Shown piece after piece: positions 1-14,600 of a stretch of 62,024 nucleotides of DNA (its first letter is position 1; every line of letters begins with the position of its first letter). The stretch comes from Lama guanicoe. Its lineage: Eukaryota. The translations under genes were made by a program, and so were the position numbers. The DNA is taken from positions 26,017 through 88,040 of the forward strand of contig MU054304.1 in assembly GCA_013239625.1 (NCBI GenBank), written 5' to 3'. The notes under the pieces are model-generated. The model did not search any database and had not been told where the DNA came from. It was given only the letters and a program-made list of their open reading frames with translations.

Positions 1-1640
1 AACAGAATTTCCAAAATTTTAAAAGGGCTTTCTTGATGTTGTGCTGTTACAGCCACTCTTCTGCATGTGAATGGCAGAGACAGAGAAATAAAAAGACAAA
101 TGCATAAAATTTGTCCGGTTCTGTCTTTACCACCTAGATTTTGTATGAAACAGCCAGATTTAGAAGATGTCACACCTTGGTGCTTCAGTAACAGAAAGGA
201 AACAATCTCCTTTCTGTGCAAAAGCTATCCTTTCCCCACTACTTTTTATAATTCTTGTTTCATTTGGATCTTGGGGTACCAAAAAAGTGGTGTTAAATAA
301 AATATATAAACCCAAGTTTACTGAAAGGAGCAGCGTGAAACTGATGAATTGCCAGTTAGTGTGGAATTCTGGTAAAGGAATAATGTTTCCCAATTTCACA
401 TTCAATAACCATGACCATTTTATAGCTAGAGGGCATAGGAGTAATGAGTGATCTACCTTAGCCCCACTGTCTACTGATAATGGGAACACAACCAAGAAAG
501 GTCAAGTGATTTGTCCAAAGCCCCTAAAGCAGCAATCTTCAGCATTTCACGGTGTCAAAAGAGATGATACAATTCTATAACACTGAATCTAATAAAGTAC
601 CAAATAAATTCATCAAATTGATCAGAGAAGTTAAAAGTGTGACTTTGGCAAAGCTGGTGGCAGGGCTCATCTCCTTTTTCTATTAAAGGAGAACACCTTC
701 AGATTTCTGTCTATCTTTCACATTCTTTGCACTCATACAAAAGAACACGCACACACACATTTAAAAAATCCATTGCTAGAAGTAAAGAAATCCGTTCAGT
801 GCATCTCAAAACTCAAGATTTCTCCTTTGGAGATAAATACTGAATTTTTTTTTTTTTTTTGCTGATGGTTCATACTACTTATATGATAAAATCATACATG
901 TCAAAACTTACTACATTTTATTAAATAATACAATTAAGGGTCTGACTCAACAGAAACACCCAGGAGTGTTGATTCAAGAATATGTGGGAGCACATGTGTT
1001 TGATCTTAAGTATATCTCAAAGTGGTCATGATGGGATTCTAAGTGTCCAGTGATCAGTAAGACACATAAGCCCGCACTCACTAAAGTACAGCGAATGGAT
1101 CAGTTTAGTGAGAATGTGTGCTTATGTCCCTTCTCTCAGTCACCGCTTCCCTCCCATTCTATGGAAGTGCAACTTATATTTAAGCCAATAGATTAAAAAC
1201 AAACAAACAAACCTTGAGCTTATTATATTTCCTAAGCCATTTCACTTGCGTTTATTCTGGCTCAGAAGGTCACGTGGCACACAGCTGAATTACTTTCCCA
1301 CTTCATATGAAAGACTGACACAGAGACTTATGTTGATTAAGGAACCAAACCCAGGAAAATACTTCCCTGAATTCCTGTTATTTAGATGGCAGAGATAGTC
1401 TGTTTCTACACAATTACATATGTACATCACCCCCATTTTATACATAGGCTATTTTCATAAGTGGAAATTATATCAGATATGGATCAGAATGGAAGAGATG
1501 ATTGATAAAGAGAAAAACCAGAGTAGCAGCAAAGGAACCTCTACCTCTTTTTGAAGCTGAATTTTCTTTTTCCAAAGCCAGGAATTCTCCTTGNNNNNNN
1601 NNNNNNNCTCATTCTTATTGCATATCTTGGTGTAACTCTT

Positions 1641-2615
1641 TTAGATACACTTTGTTCTGTTACCATTTGATGGAGAAGAACTCACATTTCCTAATTCGGG
1701 GTCCATGATTTTAGAGTTATTAGCACCGCAGTTATCTGCAAGCAATGGCTTCTGGAGCTGGTCTTGTATTGGTTTGGTTTTCTCATAAGCATTTGAAACA
1801 GCAGACATATCATGGCTTTTTATCTGAATCATGTGTTTCATCTCACTGGAGTGGGCAAGCCACAGGCCAAAAAGGCTTTTTGGACCACTTACCAGAGGTG
1901 TATGTCTGATGTCTGATTTCCAGTGAGTATTTTGGCTCCTTTTTTGTTTTCTTTCTGAACCAAATTCTCGGTCTTCTTTCACCAGAAGTCCAGCTCGGTT
2001 CCTTACTTCATTTTCTCTGTCAGTAAAGAAACCCTCCTCATTTTTATTACAACCATGTTCAGTGTCTGGTTTGTCATTTTCAGTTAACTTATTTTCATTT
2101 AAATAAAGTTTTGAAGGTGACTGGCAACCACGCTTTGCTGAATCAGACTTGGAGTAAGATGGGAAAACATTTTCAAGACTGGGCTCTTCGTGGGGAAGGG
2201 TCGCCTGGAATCCTACAGAGACTGAGGCTCCAGGGGCATCTTTTTCCTCAGAATCACATATATTATTTGTCACATTGAAAGGTAGTTCCTTTAAGTCACC
2301 ATGTAGCTCAGAGTTGTCATGTAGTGACTCTGCCTTACGATGTACAGTAATTTTGCATTTTTCACGGATTTTACTGACTTTCTGATTTAACTTCTTTGTG
2401 ATAAATTTTGTATTAATTTTCCAGTCTAATTTGACTTTTTTAACCCACATGTCCTCATGCTTCTCCACACAAGATTGTTTTGAAGATACAGGCACGTCCT
2501 TTCTGTCCTGTTCCTTATTCATTCCTGGTTCTCCAGGCATTTTTTGCAGATGCACAGGTGAAAGATTAATCTGCCCGATTTGACCTTCAGATTTCTTTTC
2601 TTTCACAGTACATGC
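1641..2615 (-). CDS. ANKRD26/CCDC144-like large exon ending in a premature stop
   Basis: 324 open codons after a ttttacag acceptor; CCDC144-like motifs (KLDWK, KLYLNENKL, PELGNVSSSP); frameshift shortly before the TAA at 1641. Confidence 0.85.
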   Translation of the reverse strand, partial: ACTVKEKKSEGQIGQINLSPVHLQKMPGEPGMNKEQDRKDVPVSSKQSCVEKHEDMWVKKVKLDWKINTKFITKKLNQKVSKIREKCKITVHRKAESLHDNSELHGDLKELPFNVTNNICDSEEKDAPGASVSVGFQATLPHEEPSLENVFPSYSKSDSAKRGCQSPSKLYLNENKLTENDKPDTEHGCNKNEEGFFTDRENEVRNRAGLLVKEDREFGSERKQKRSQNTHWKSDIRHTPLVSGPKSLFGLWLAHSSEMKHMIQIKSHDMSAVSNAYEKTKPIQDQLQKPLLADNCGANNSKIMDPELGNVSSSPSNGNRTKCI

Positions 2616-5600
2616 CTGTAAAACACATTTATCCTTAAGTAGTCAAGTATGGATAAAGAAAAATTAGAAAATAATTAAAATTTAACCAACTTCTTAATCT
2701 ATGTTTGGCTACTCACAAACTAACAAGTGAAAATAACTTGCTTTAGCCTTGAAATAGGAGAAAAATAGGAAATCAGAAACCTAACTTTGTCATTGTTTGT
2801 TTGAACTAAAGAATTCATACATGTTAAATCTTCCAAGAATTAGAGATTAGGTTTTTAACATTACAAAGGCTTCCTCACTAAAAAATAGTTCACTTCACAT
2901 ACCTTAAATAGTGAGCGCCTCCAGTGCATGTAAAGATGTTTTTAAAAGGACAAACAACTGAAGAATAGGCAAACTGTAAATTATTAGGTGCCAAAATCAA
3001 CTAACATCAATCAGAAAGAGGAATAAATTCCTAAATTTTAAAGCAAACTCTATACTATGATAGTGATCTATCTCAGTGTGTAATCTCTGCATCCATCCAG
3101 CTGTATTATACTCTAATATTCACTAGTGAGAATGAATATAAGAATTTTTAATAATATTTACTGATTTCCTACCCTGAAATGAAATAAATTAGAAAGGCTT
3201 TGTCTGTTCCCTAACAGCAAAGGTCCAATCCTGGAAGGTTTGATTCTCTTAATAGGCAGTTGTGTTGACTCTATGACCCCTATTCTCTCCCTGATTGTAG
3301 ATTCTGAAATCAAGTACATAGAGATCGCAAGACAGAAGAAATCTTTCATCTTGGCATCAATGACTTGCAATTTGAAACTGCAAAGTTTGGACCACTGGGA
3401 ATGACTGTTCCTTACATGAAACTAACTCAGTGGCCATCACTGCTATATTGTTTACAATTTCAACTACTTTATCACATGCTTTAATATTTGATATCACCTT
3501 CTTTATCATATCAGGAAGTTATAAAAATAGAAGAAGTAAACAATATTCAGGAAGGTTTTTTGCCTCAATTCCAAGGATAAAGTTTAACTATAAATTATTA
3601 TAGACCCTAACAATACTTTAAGTTTTGTAACTAGATAAAATGCTATTAACAACTAAATATTAAATAATTCTTTATTGACTCTAAAATTCTAGTTTGAAAG
3701 GCAATTTCTTTTGAACTGTGTTATTAAAGCACAGAAAACAATATTAAACCAGAACTTTAAATTTACATTTTTACATACCTGTGACTGCTTGTTTTCACTT
3801 CCATCAAGTCCTTCTTGCTCTTCCTTAGATGTCATTTCAAAGTCTAGGTCTGCTGAAAAATGAATATGCTGAATTAAAATTAACTACTTAGAACAGTTAG
3901 ATAAAAGGCATCCTCTTTATAAAAATAGATAAAGAAGATTTCATCAATTGACAGTTTAAATTAAGCTAAATCTTTAGCTGAACATTTACTTCTTTAAGAA
4001 ATACCTCAAATTATCTAAAACTTGAACAAAGTATTTGGGAAATACTAGATGTTACCAGATTAAAGGCACACAAACATTTCAAAGATTCATTCACAAATTC
4101 ATCCACCAGACATGAACAAAACAAAGAGAAACAGTACAAACTGTAAAAATACAATAGAAACATACAAAGTCACAGTAGACTCTATTCTCTACCTCCTAAC
4201 TACCTTTTTAACAACATACCAAGCTTCAAGAGCAATGCTACACATGGTTCCCAAAATTACTGTTACTTTTTATGCTTTTATCTTTCCTTAATATGATGTT
4301 TCCCTCTATTGTTCTGACAAATTCCTTTTCCTCTTTTAAGACTCAGCCTGCTTTCTGAAGTCCTCATTGATTACAGCTATCTTTCTATAGAGACACAGGG
4401 ATCTCGTTCCTTGGAGCTACCTTGGTACTTCCCAGATTTTTCTAGTGTATCTTCATCAGCTGAGCTGTAAACTATTTCTTTACATGTCTATCCTCTTTGC
4501 TCCTATGCTATAGAGGGCAATCTCTTAAAAGTACCTTTATATAAACAGTCTTTATTTATTTTACTCAATAATTACTTATTGAGATCCTGCTTTAGCAGTA
4601 GACACTGGAGTTTAAAGAAGAATCTGGATAACAGGTGTCAGGGATGGCTTTTCTAGAGAGAATGCCTGAGCTGAGACTTCAACAGTGAGGTCAGCCAGCT
4701 TCCCAGGAACGCGGGGCAGGAAAGGAAGAGAGCACACAAGGCTGGGAAGGAAGGGAGAGACTCACATGAGAGGGTCAATATTTGTGTGAAATACAGGGCA
4801 GGTGAGGAGGGCTTCACCAGCAGCTCAGAACACCAGAGCAAAGGACAAACAGGGGGCGCTAGAGATGGAGAGCCAGGCAGAAGTAAGAGCACAAAAGCCT
4901 TGCCTGTCCCTGTAAGATGCCTGGACATTAATATGCTTTAAAGAGTGTTTCATGGTCATGTGTGCATTTGAGATAAATCACTCTACCTGCTGCAGGAGGG
5001 ATGAATTTAAAGAGCATAAAAATAAATGGAGGGAGACAAATTTGAAGGCATTGATAATGCAAAAAAAAAAAAAGATACAGGCTTGAACTGAGGGAATGTT
5101 TCCAGAAATATTTAGGATTTAAGAGTATCAGGGCCCAGCACAGAATCTTTATTAAATAAATAAATGCATGACTACTGGGTCCCTGGAGAACTAGACTCTA
5201 CTTATTACTACATAAAAGGTATCAAAGGAGAAGAGACATGATCTGCATGAACTATTTTCAGTTGCTTCTATTTCTGTTGTAGTTTTTCTGTTTCACATCT
5301 CCCTGTGATGAGGGAGCTCATGTAGGTGTCTTAAGTCCTGCTTTCTGGATCTTCCAAGCTCATGAAGAAACAAGACCAAACAAGTCACTTGTTTCATTTT
5401 AAAAAACTTTGAGTTTATACCTTGTAGTCACTACTATAGAAGATAATTGAGAATCTTTTGTAAATATGTCATTAATTCTACACATAAAGAAAGAAAAGAA
5501 GATAAAACTATGGGAGTAGAAAAATATTGTACGATTTATTTCTACAGCTCTGATCATATCACTGATTAAGGTACTAAATTAATTGATATATAAAGTAGAA

Positions 5601-8600
5601 CACATACTAGATGTGGTTAACCAACAGACTGGGAATCCAGAAGAACTAGAATTGATATTTCATATATTATTCTTAAGTGATAAAGCACTCCTTAAAAACC
5701 AATATCCTTTTTGACCTATCAGCCCATCAAAAATAATAAACCAAGCTGATGCACTATGTGGACAGTTAAGAAGGAGGTTCTGTGTAGCAAATTTTCAATG
5801 ACTGCCACTACCGCTGGGAAAGCCACTTCTAAAATACAGAAAGTCATAGAATATACTAGAAATATTTTGATATTTATTTGCAGAGGTGCTTTTTCAGTTA
5901 CACTGAATAAAGCTGTAACTACTATTTATAAATTCAGAGCTAGATAAAAATGAAGCTAAGAAACCATACTTTGAGAAGGGAATCTTTGGATGGCCACCTA
6001 GGTTTCCCAACCAGTCACAAAGCTCTAGACATCCGTCTCCTACCCGCGCTCAGGAGTGTGCTGAATACTAGTCTGAACGAACTTACTTTCTCCTAACCCT
6101 CTTTGCGATTTAATATGCTGCTTTGGTCAGAGGATGAATGTACATGTCATGCCAAAAGGCATTGTCTGGTTGTAGGTTGCGTAAAAGGAGTAAACACAAA
6201 GGAGATCCTGCCACGAAATGATTTCTGCAAAGTCAGAGTATGGCGAAGCCACGCACAGGTGGACTATGGCGAGCTCTCTGTGCTGCTTTATTACCTTCTT
6301 TGCTGCTTCTGTTCTCTGGCAGCTGTGATTCGCGCAGGCCACGGAGCGCTGCATTTTCTGACAGAGACACGGCTCCAATATTCGTCTGCTCTTTATCTAC
6401 TAGGGCCGTCTGCCTCAGTTCTGTGGGTGCTGACTGGTTTGTGGTCACTGATTGTGATACCAATGGACATTTATCCACTTTCAAATGCTCAGCTCTTTGA
6501 CCAGCCGCATTATTGGGTCTCAAACTAGTACAATCCCAGTCTGAAGGATCTGAAAACAAAGTTTCCCCTTATTAGAATGTGAATAACAATACAAACTTGA
6601 CTAACTTGTACGAATTCTCTTTCCAGAGCAGCAGCCCCACGTTCGTCCGCAGCCCCACATCCTCCTCTCCCCCAAACACACTGCTCCTTCCCAGCTGGTT
6701 GTACTTTGCATGTCACTGCTGTTCACATAGGGAGCCACTGTCTCTCTTTTTTCTACTTTTAATTCTCTAGCATTACTTATTTGGATTCACTCACACTCTC
6801 TATTAAACAGTCTATATTCCATAAGAGCTTTATGAATAAATATGAGTCTTCAACATATGAATTTTTTCATTAACAAAATGTATGTCTAACCAGCCATTTA
6901 CTGGACGTTTAAATATGCATGGCAGTATTGTGTCCTAGAGACATGGGTTTAAGAAAACTTACTGAATGGTACTACTTTAATTACGATGAGACAGTCTTTC
7001 CTCAATGTACCAATATCTTCAGAATTCTTTCCTTAAGGCTTGGATAAACATCATAAATTTATTTAAAAATGGATAGCGTTGAGTGACTAATTTTTTCCAT
7101 ATAAAAATAGGATAAGTCTAGGTACAAACTAGATCCAAAGAGTGCAGGGTGCCACGAGACAGGAAATATGTAACAAAAATGTTTTCCTTTTTTTTAAAAG
7201 AATTAAGTTGTCAGATTTAAACTTTTTAAGACAAGTTAAAGAGAAAAAGATAAGAAATGTAGAAGTGAACTTTAAAGCCCATTTCATCGCAAGGGCCCCT
7301 TTATCATTTCACATCCATGAACCCTGTTTAAAACCGCAGTTCTCAAGTGTCATCTGAGAAGCCCTGAAGCCCCAAGTTCCCTCCATCTAGGGAATCCACG
7401 AGGTCAAAACTATTTTCACAATAATACTGAATGCTATTTTCATTCTCATTCTCCGTTAAGTGTGCAGTGGAGGTTTCCAGATACATGACATGTGATAACA
7501 TCACAGCTCTAGTGGCTACTGGAATGTTTGTGTGTGCTTGTATTTTACATCTTTCAGTGTTATTTTCTAATATACTAAACATCAATAGATACAAACCACT
7601 TAAAAGTTCTTTGGAATTCTCAATAATTTTTAATAGTATAAAAAGAACCCTAAACCCCAAAACTTTCAGGGTTAGTGTTTTAAAAGATCATGTCTACCTA
7701 ATATTAAGGTAGGACTAATTACTTCCATCATTTTTAATAATCAAAGACACCACCCCCTTCCCCACACACACACACTGCTAATCAAAACATCCAGTTGGCT
7801 TAAGATCTTTGGGGTAGGGAAATAGCTCAGTGGTGCAGCACATGCTTAGCATGCACAAGGACCTGGGTTCAATCCCTAGGACACCCATTAATAAAAAATA
7901 TACAGAAATAAATAAATATCATTAATGTGACAGCACTAAAATAATGAAAGTGAAATATGACTGACATGTTAGCAAGTGAAGCTTTACCCTACGGAAAGGT
8001 CAGAATTCATTTAAGCATTTTAAAACTGGAAAAACCTTAATACCTAATAATCCATCTCTCGGAGTCCCTAAGAAATAGAGGGATTCCAAACTGAACACTT
8101 CAGTGTCTTCCAACAGCAATAGAAAGATTTGAGTCAAAGCTGACATTTTAAAAAATCTTTTTCTTATGCTTATGTATTTTATCAATCGTGGATGCCAATA
8201 ATAACATCTGCCTTCTTTATGTCATCTTTTAATTAAATTTGAAAAAAAAGAGAGGAATTAGGAATAAGAAGACTGTACTTCATTTCAGAGTTAAATTTGT
8301 ATTGCAAAATTTACCTGATTTGAATGCTTGTAAATTCTTCATTCCTCCTGATTTATTAGGAACAGAATCTTTCACTCCAACTGCAGGCTGAATGGTTTTT
8401 GAAACAAACCGATTAATAATGTACATTAGATACAATCTGTAGCAATAATTCAAGTGGGGGAGGGTCTAGCTCAGTGGAAGAGTGCCTGCTTAGGAGTACA
8501 TGAGTTCCTAGGCTAAATTCCCAGTACCCTCATTAAAAAAAAATTCAAGATAAAAGTATAAAAGTTTTTACCTTCAGGTGAGGATATTTTTCAGTAGAAC

Positions 8601-11600
8601 CTAAAAGCCAAAAGGGACACATAATCAATTATAAGTAAATATGAAAGCCAACTATCCAGTCATGCGGTTAGTACTGAGCGCAATCCTCATGCTTGCTTTG
8701 GAAATGAATACATTAGGTTTCGGTGTTTTGTTTTTGAGGGGCAGTTAGGAAAGCAACAAGACAGAAATATGAATCCATTATAGATACTGAATGAACAACA
8801 GGAATATAGGTTTAACAAAACATGTAGTTAAGATTTCAAAAGTACGGTTATGTTTCAAATGACTGTATAAAATAGAAACGTGCACATATACCAATGTGAA
8901 CATGCTGCCTGAGGAGGAGAAAAGCGATCTTTAATCAGAAGAACAAATCATGGCTCCAAGAAGACAAATGTGAAAGCTGATGGTAAAATGCAACAGCACA
9001 GCTTTAATGCGACTGACACCATTAGACTACAAGTATTTATCATGCTCTTCAATTTGCGCTATAATTTAGGAAGTCCACAGTTGTGGTGGCAGTTCATTTG
9101 AATGTGCAATTCACTTATCATCAGAGAGTGTGATGAATTGATCAGCTTGGATACATACTTGTAGAATAATCGTTCATAAAAATATTCATTTTTTTCCATC
9201 CCCACATGGGCTATTGGTATGCCTACATTTCTTGGATCCTCTAGCCATCGAAGTTTCTTGATCCACTCATGCAAGAAAGAATGGATACTGAGTTTTCAAT
9301 ATTGAAATCTGATGATCAAAAATAAAATTTAATTGCCACAGAATTATTAGATTTTTAAAGTCTTTTATATTTCAAAACCTGTGTAGTATTCACTGAAAAT
9401 AACAACTTTAACATTTATGAAATGAACCTTATTAATTTCTTTTGTTTCCTCTAAACACAAGTCTACCTTCTGAGCGTGGTCTGAAGACCAGCAACAAGGG
9501 CATCACCTGAGCTTGTTAGAAACGCAGACCCACTGCTCAGAGTGTGCAGTTTTCAGTGGGTCCCCAGGTGACTGAGTAAAATTTGAGAAACTCTGGTCTA
9601 TACCGAGTCTGCTTCTACAGCACTTGGACTTAATTGATCCTTCTGAAATCCAGCCTCACGCGCCTCACTGTAACACTTCCCCAAAAGCTGCATCAGAAGT
9701 TGCAGACTTTCCAACGGACTCTTTACCAGGCTCCAGCTCCCCTGACCTCCCCGGAACGCACCCTGCTCTCTTCCTCTTTCCCACTCTTCTGTTGGCCTAT
9801 GAGACACCATCCTGTATGGCAGCAACACGCTGCATGACACGAAGGTCCACACATTTACAGCTGACCACACATGCCTATGCTCATCCACGGCAGGTACACC
9901 CAGCTCTGCGTGATCAGGTACCGCAGTCCTCACCGCCTTCCTAATGATCAGGGGGGCGGGGAGTGGAACATTCTGCTGTGCTTCCCGGACAAGCTTTGGT
10001 GCTGGAAGAAGCTCACTTCATACCCATCTCATTTCAAACACTCTTCTCTTCCTTCTTCTAAAGAACTATTCTACATTACCACCTCCTGCCAGGGACCCCC
10101 CCTCATTTTCCTTCATTTACTCCCCTGCTCCCTGCCTCTCTCATTCTTCACTCCCTCCTTCCCTCCTCCTGATTTCCTGGCTGTCCTCAGATCACACAGC
10201 ATCTTGAAGGAAAACTAACAACTGAGCTCCCCAAACAGCATTCTAGATTAATCGTTGTTGACAGCTGATAGGATATAAAATTTACCTCCTTTTCTCCTCT
10301 TTTTTCTCACTATATGTTCAACAGGTGATTTTTCTTTGGCTTAGAGAATATATCCGAATTCATGTTTTAAATCAACATTCTGTCAAATGACTTTTTTATA
10401 AAATACAGTGCTTACTTTCTATTTGTCCATTTAATGTATTTTTTTCTCCTTGACCTGCAGCTCCAGATAACTGATCAACATAGTTCGGTAGTTGAAACTT
10501 GGAGGTACTCTGTTAAAATTAATATTAATAATGAATTGCATAAAAATTTCCTAATCCCTTTCTAAGAAAATATTTGTGTTTCCTACCTTATTATTATTAT
10601 TTTTTAATTTCCTACTCTAAAAGCAATAAGATTTAAAAACAAGATAAGCATATCCTAGGAATCCAAACATTTAAATAGAAAATTTCATATACACTCTCTA
10701 GATCAAGTCTATCTTTTACCTTCAGTTGGCTTTTGACTCTGTGGACTGAGCATGGAAAGCCACAGCAAACATTTTCACAGACAAAATACTGACATGTGCA
10801 GATTTAAACAAAGAATTAACTTCAAAACACATAATTCCATTTTGCAGTCCTCAACAAAAGAAGAGGACTTTTTTTAAAAAAATACACATTTTTATATGTA
10901 TAACTGAATTGCTTTGCTATACACTTGAAACTAACATTATAAACTGACTATACTTCAATAAAAAATAAAATTAAAAATATACTTATTTAAATATATTCTT
11001 TAATAAGTATATGTGCTATAAATTTAAAATGTTTCTTAGGGCAGATACTGTCTTTAGTATTAAAATAACATACTTGGCATGAAAAGAAGTCTTGGAGTCT
11101 GTCATGTTGAGTATTAACAGAACACTGTGGAAACTGCTACACTTCAGTAAACAAAGGCTTAGCAGAATCTAACTATTTTTTGATAAAACCTTTATTGATA
11201 GGAAAAATAGTTGAATAAGGTAGCAAAGTAGAAAGAAAAACATTTATGTTTAAATTAACGGCAGAAAAATTTTGAATGTAGTTATGCAGCTCTTCAGAAA
11301 AGTACCGTAAGCTTTACTTTAATATGGGAAGAATAAGAACACTGTTTATTGACCATCTGCATGTGCCAGGCCCTTATGATGCACATTCTCTTTTCTACAC
11401 ACAGCAATAATAAAAAGTGATTCTAAGGATGGTTACCCACTTGCTGCTTCCTGGCCACTCCAAGATGCTGGAGTGCGGTGATGAGCAGATGGGACCCGCT
11501 GTTCTCTCTGTCCAGAACATCCCTCCCCTGGACCTTCGTGTGACTGGCTCCTTCCTGTCCATCCCCTGGCAGCTTTGGTCACACTCAGCTCTTGTCTGAC

Positions 11601-14600
11601 TACCTAAATTCCACCCTTACTCCACCCCCGTCCTAATTACAAAGTCCCCCACTGTTGTCTAACCTAACTCTCTCCACGTTCCTCGTATGAAGGACTTACT
11701 GTCCCTGAAAAATGGTTCCTGTTTAGTTTTTTTTCTGTTCCTGCCACTGCAGCCTAACCCGTCAGCTGCTACATCCAGTGTCTAGCTGCCTGATGCATAG
11801 CAGGTGTTCTGGAACAGGAATTGATTTAAGGTCAAAACATCTAAAATCCCCAGAGGGCATCAAGTACCAAAGCACTATATACCTATCGGAGATGTCCGAT
11901 AACAGCCTACCGACACTCAACATACCCCAAGTGAGAAATCCCGTGCCCGCTCTAACTTTCCCATTTTATCATCCTTCAGATCTTAAAAAAGTGTCCTCAA
12001 CATTTTAGTAGGTCACTAGTGGCCACTGTCATCATTCTGTCTTACATTTCTATAGCACCCTTTACAGCTGACAATGTGTTTTCACATTTGTTACCACATT
12101 TTTGTTCATGACACATAACCTGAGGGGTAGGTGTCAGTACCATGTTTTTGAACGAGGTCACTGACATTCAAACAAGTCAGACAAGTTTTTCCAAGATCCC
12201 ACAGAGGGTCAGAACCAGGATGCTACCACGTCTGCTGACTTCAAGTACAGTGCTGTGCCACTAGGCAGGAGCTGCCGAGATCCAAGGGCTCAGGCTCTTC
12301 TGACCTCTTTCCACGGCTATCACCTTGGAATAGGTCATCACTACCCTGCACGAAGCTTCCTTCAAGTCCGGTCGCCATAGAGGTTCTCAGTGCACGCTAC
12401 TTTCCCTGCCCAAACTGGGCTGTCCTCAGTAAAACATCACTAAACCAAACTGTATTTATTACCCCACGGATTTATTACTATTCCCCATGCTTTTGCTTCT
12501 CCTGAAATGTTCGTTGCAGATCTACCTGACAATCCAAACATAATAATGCTTTCAAGTCGCAGACACTGTCTTTTCGAGGTCAAAGTGGTTAAACAAACAA
12601 ACAAAAACACTTTCTTTTAATGCAACTTGTTTCTCTCTGAATCTCACTAAGAGTTTTACACCTCCATTTATAACAAAGAAAAAAACATCTGGTCAGAGGC
12701 TGACTAAGAAAAATTCATTCGTTTTTAGAAAATATAACTTCAGAGTCCAAACCGGTTCCCTGTGACTTCAAAGCCTTGGTTTTTGCACTACATACACCCG
12801 TTTCATTAGGTGAGTCTGGAAAATTAACAGAAGTGCACTCTGCAGTGCTATGACATGTAGCGTGGAATGATTTTACTAAGTTTAGGTTAAAAATATGAGG
12901 GAAAAATTTTGCTGGGCAAATGCAAAGGTGAGAAAGTGAAGTCAAAACATCCCTCCCTTTATGTTTTAACATCACGCAATGCTTATACTTGAAAATAATA
13001 ATAATAGAAGACAGTACCTCAGAATCCGTGGATGGTTCTACAACTGCCTTTTCTCCTAATCCTAATGCTGAGGTTGCACCTGTAAAATGCAGTCACAGAT
13101 ACATTAATGAGAACACGTACCACTGGGAAGTTTAAATACATATATAAGTCTATCTCCATTCATGACTATGTCAATAAAATAAAGTGGCAGAAAAGAATTT
13201 CAGAGGGTTGAAGCATTTTCTGGAAGAAAACTTGGTCATAGTTGGGATATTTATGAAGTAAGGTGGCAAAAGAAAAACATTTAAAAACTAATGATTATCA
13301 TCTTTGGATCTACACACTTTAGATTTTTACTTAATTTTTTTTTAATGGAGGTACCAGGAATTGAACCCAGGACCTCGTGCATGCTAAGCATACAATCTAC
13401 CACTGAGCTATACCCTCCCTCCTCCAACCATACTAGCTTTTAAGCTGAGAAGAAAATCCACAGATGTATGCTAACTACCCACCTTTGTCATTTTTGTGTG
13501 CTCCATCAATAGAAACCAATTTTTTGTGATCTGCTTGCTCCTTGAGAACACTGTTAATAGTCTGAGCGCCATTCTCTTTTCCCCCAATTTTTGGCTTTGC
13601 TGCTTCTTCCTATAAAACAAAACAAAATGTAACAAACACCCAACTTCAGAAAACATCACATTCCTACACTTGGTCATTCAATCAGTCAGGAAGACAACAT
13701 ATATTTACTGTATCCATGAGATCATAGGCATTATCCTGGGAGAAGCTGGCAATATATATACAAGACAGAATCTGCTCTATATTCTAGGAGAGGTAGAGAC
13801 ACATGAAAATGAATCAACACAGACAAGTATAGCCAAAAAGAAAGAAGGTGAGGATCAAATTTTCTTTCCATTGTCCATAAAATCAGCTGTATGTCCCTCA
13901 GAAGAGTCTGAGCATTTTCCATGACCTGACTTTTCCTTCTCATAATTTGAATTTGAGATTATTCCCATCATAATTTGTACTATAGAGCTCCCGCTCTCGC
14001 TTAACCCCACTATTTCTGCTGTGCTTGTATAATGATCTCTCTCATTTTGACACTCATTTATCTTTACATTAATCTCATCCTTATTAAATGAATCCTTCCC
14101 CTTTGTACTCCTGCCCATCTTCATATTCATCCAGCTTTCTTCTCAGTTGCTTTCTGATTCTTTCCTTTCTTAATGGCACACTCGAGAACTGTTTATTGCC
14201 ACCAACCTTTACAAATCTCAGTCCTGCACATGTACCTCTCTTGTTATCACACTGTTTTCTATTGTGATCTTGAGGGCTTCCATTTCTGTGTAGGATCCTT
14301 TTCATCCCCATGAGAATCAGGGGGACGGTATGTGAAAAAGCACAGGAAGAAAAAGTAAAAAAGAAAACAGCTTACCTCTGTAACACCAAGGACTGCTGCA
14401 GATGTGAGAGGTTCCGGTGCTGGGAAGGCAGGATGAGAAAAGCCTGGAACTTCGGTTGATGGTTGGGGAAAGGTTGGAACCACATCTTCATTTTTATTAT
14501 CAGAATTATTGTCCTCCAAGGAGGTGCTAGTTCCTGGTTTCAAAACATCATCTTTTGCCTCTGCTGTAGTGAAAAGAAGGTATGGTAGATGAAATTATAT

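Noticed and set aside
7811..7898. tRNA gene calls for the A/B-box elements (also 8455, 13335, 52829)
   Set aside because: Poly(A) tails, TSDs and imperfect stems indicate SINEs.
9598..10218. Cluster of short ORFs in a GC-richer intronic patch
   Set aside because: No recognisable homology or splice structure; partly low-complexity pyrimidine sequence.
10720..10788. AG/GT-bounded 69-nt open segment in an ANKRD26-like intron
   Set aside because: No recognisable homology, weak polypyrimidine tract, and not needed for the reading frame.
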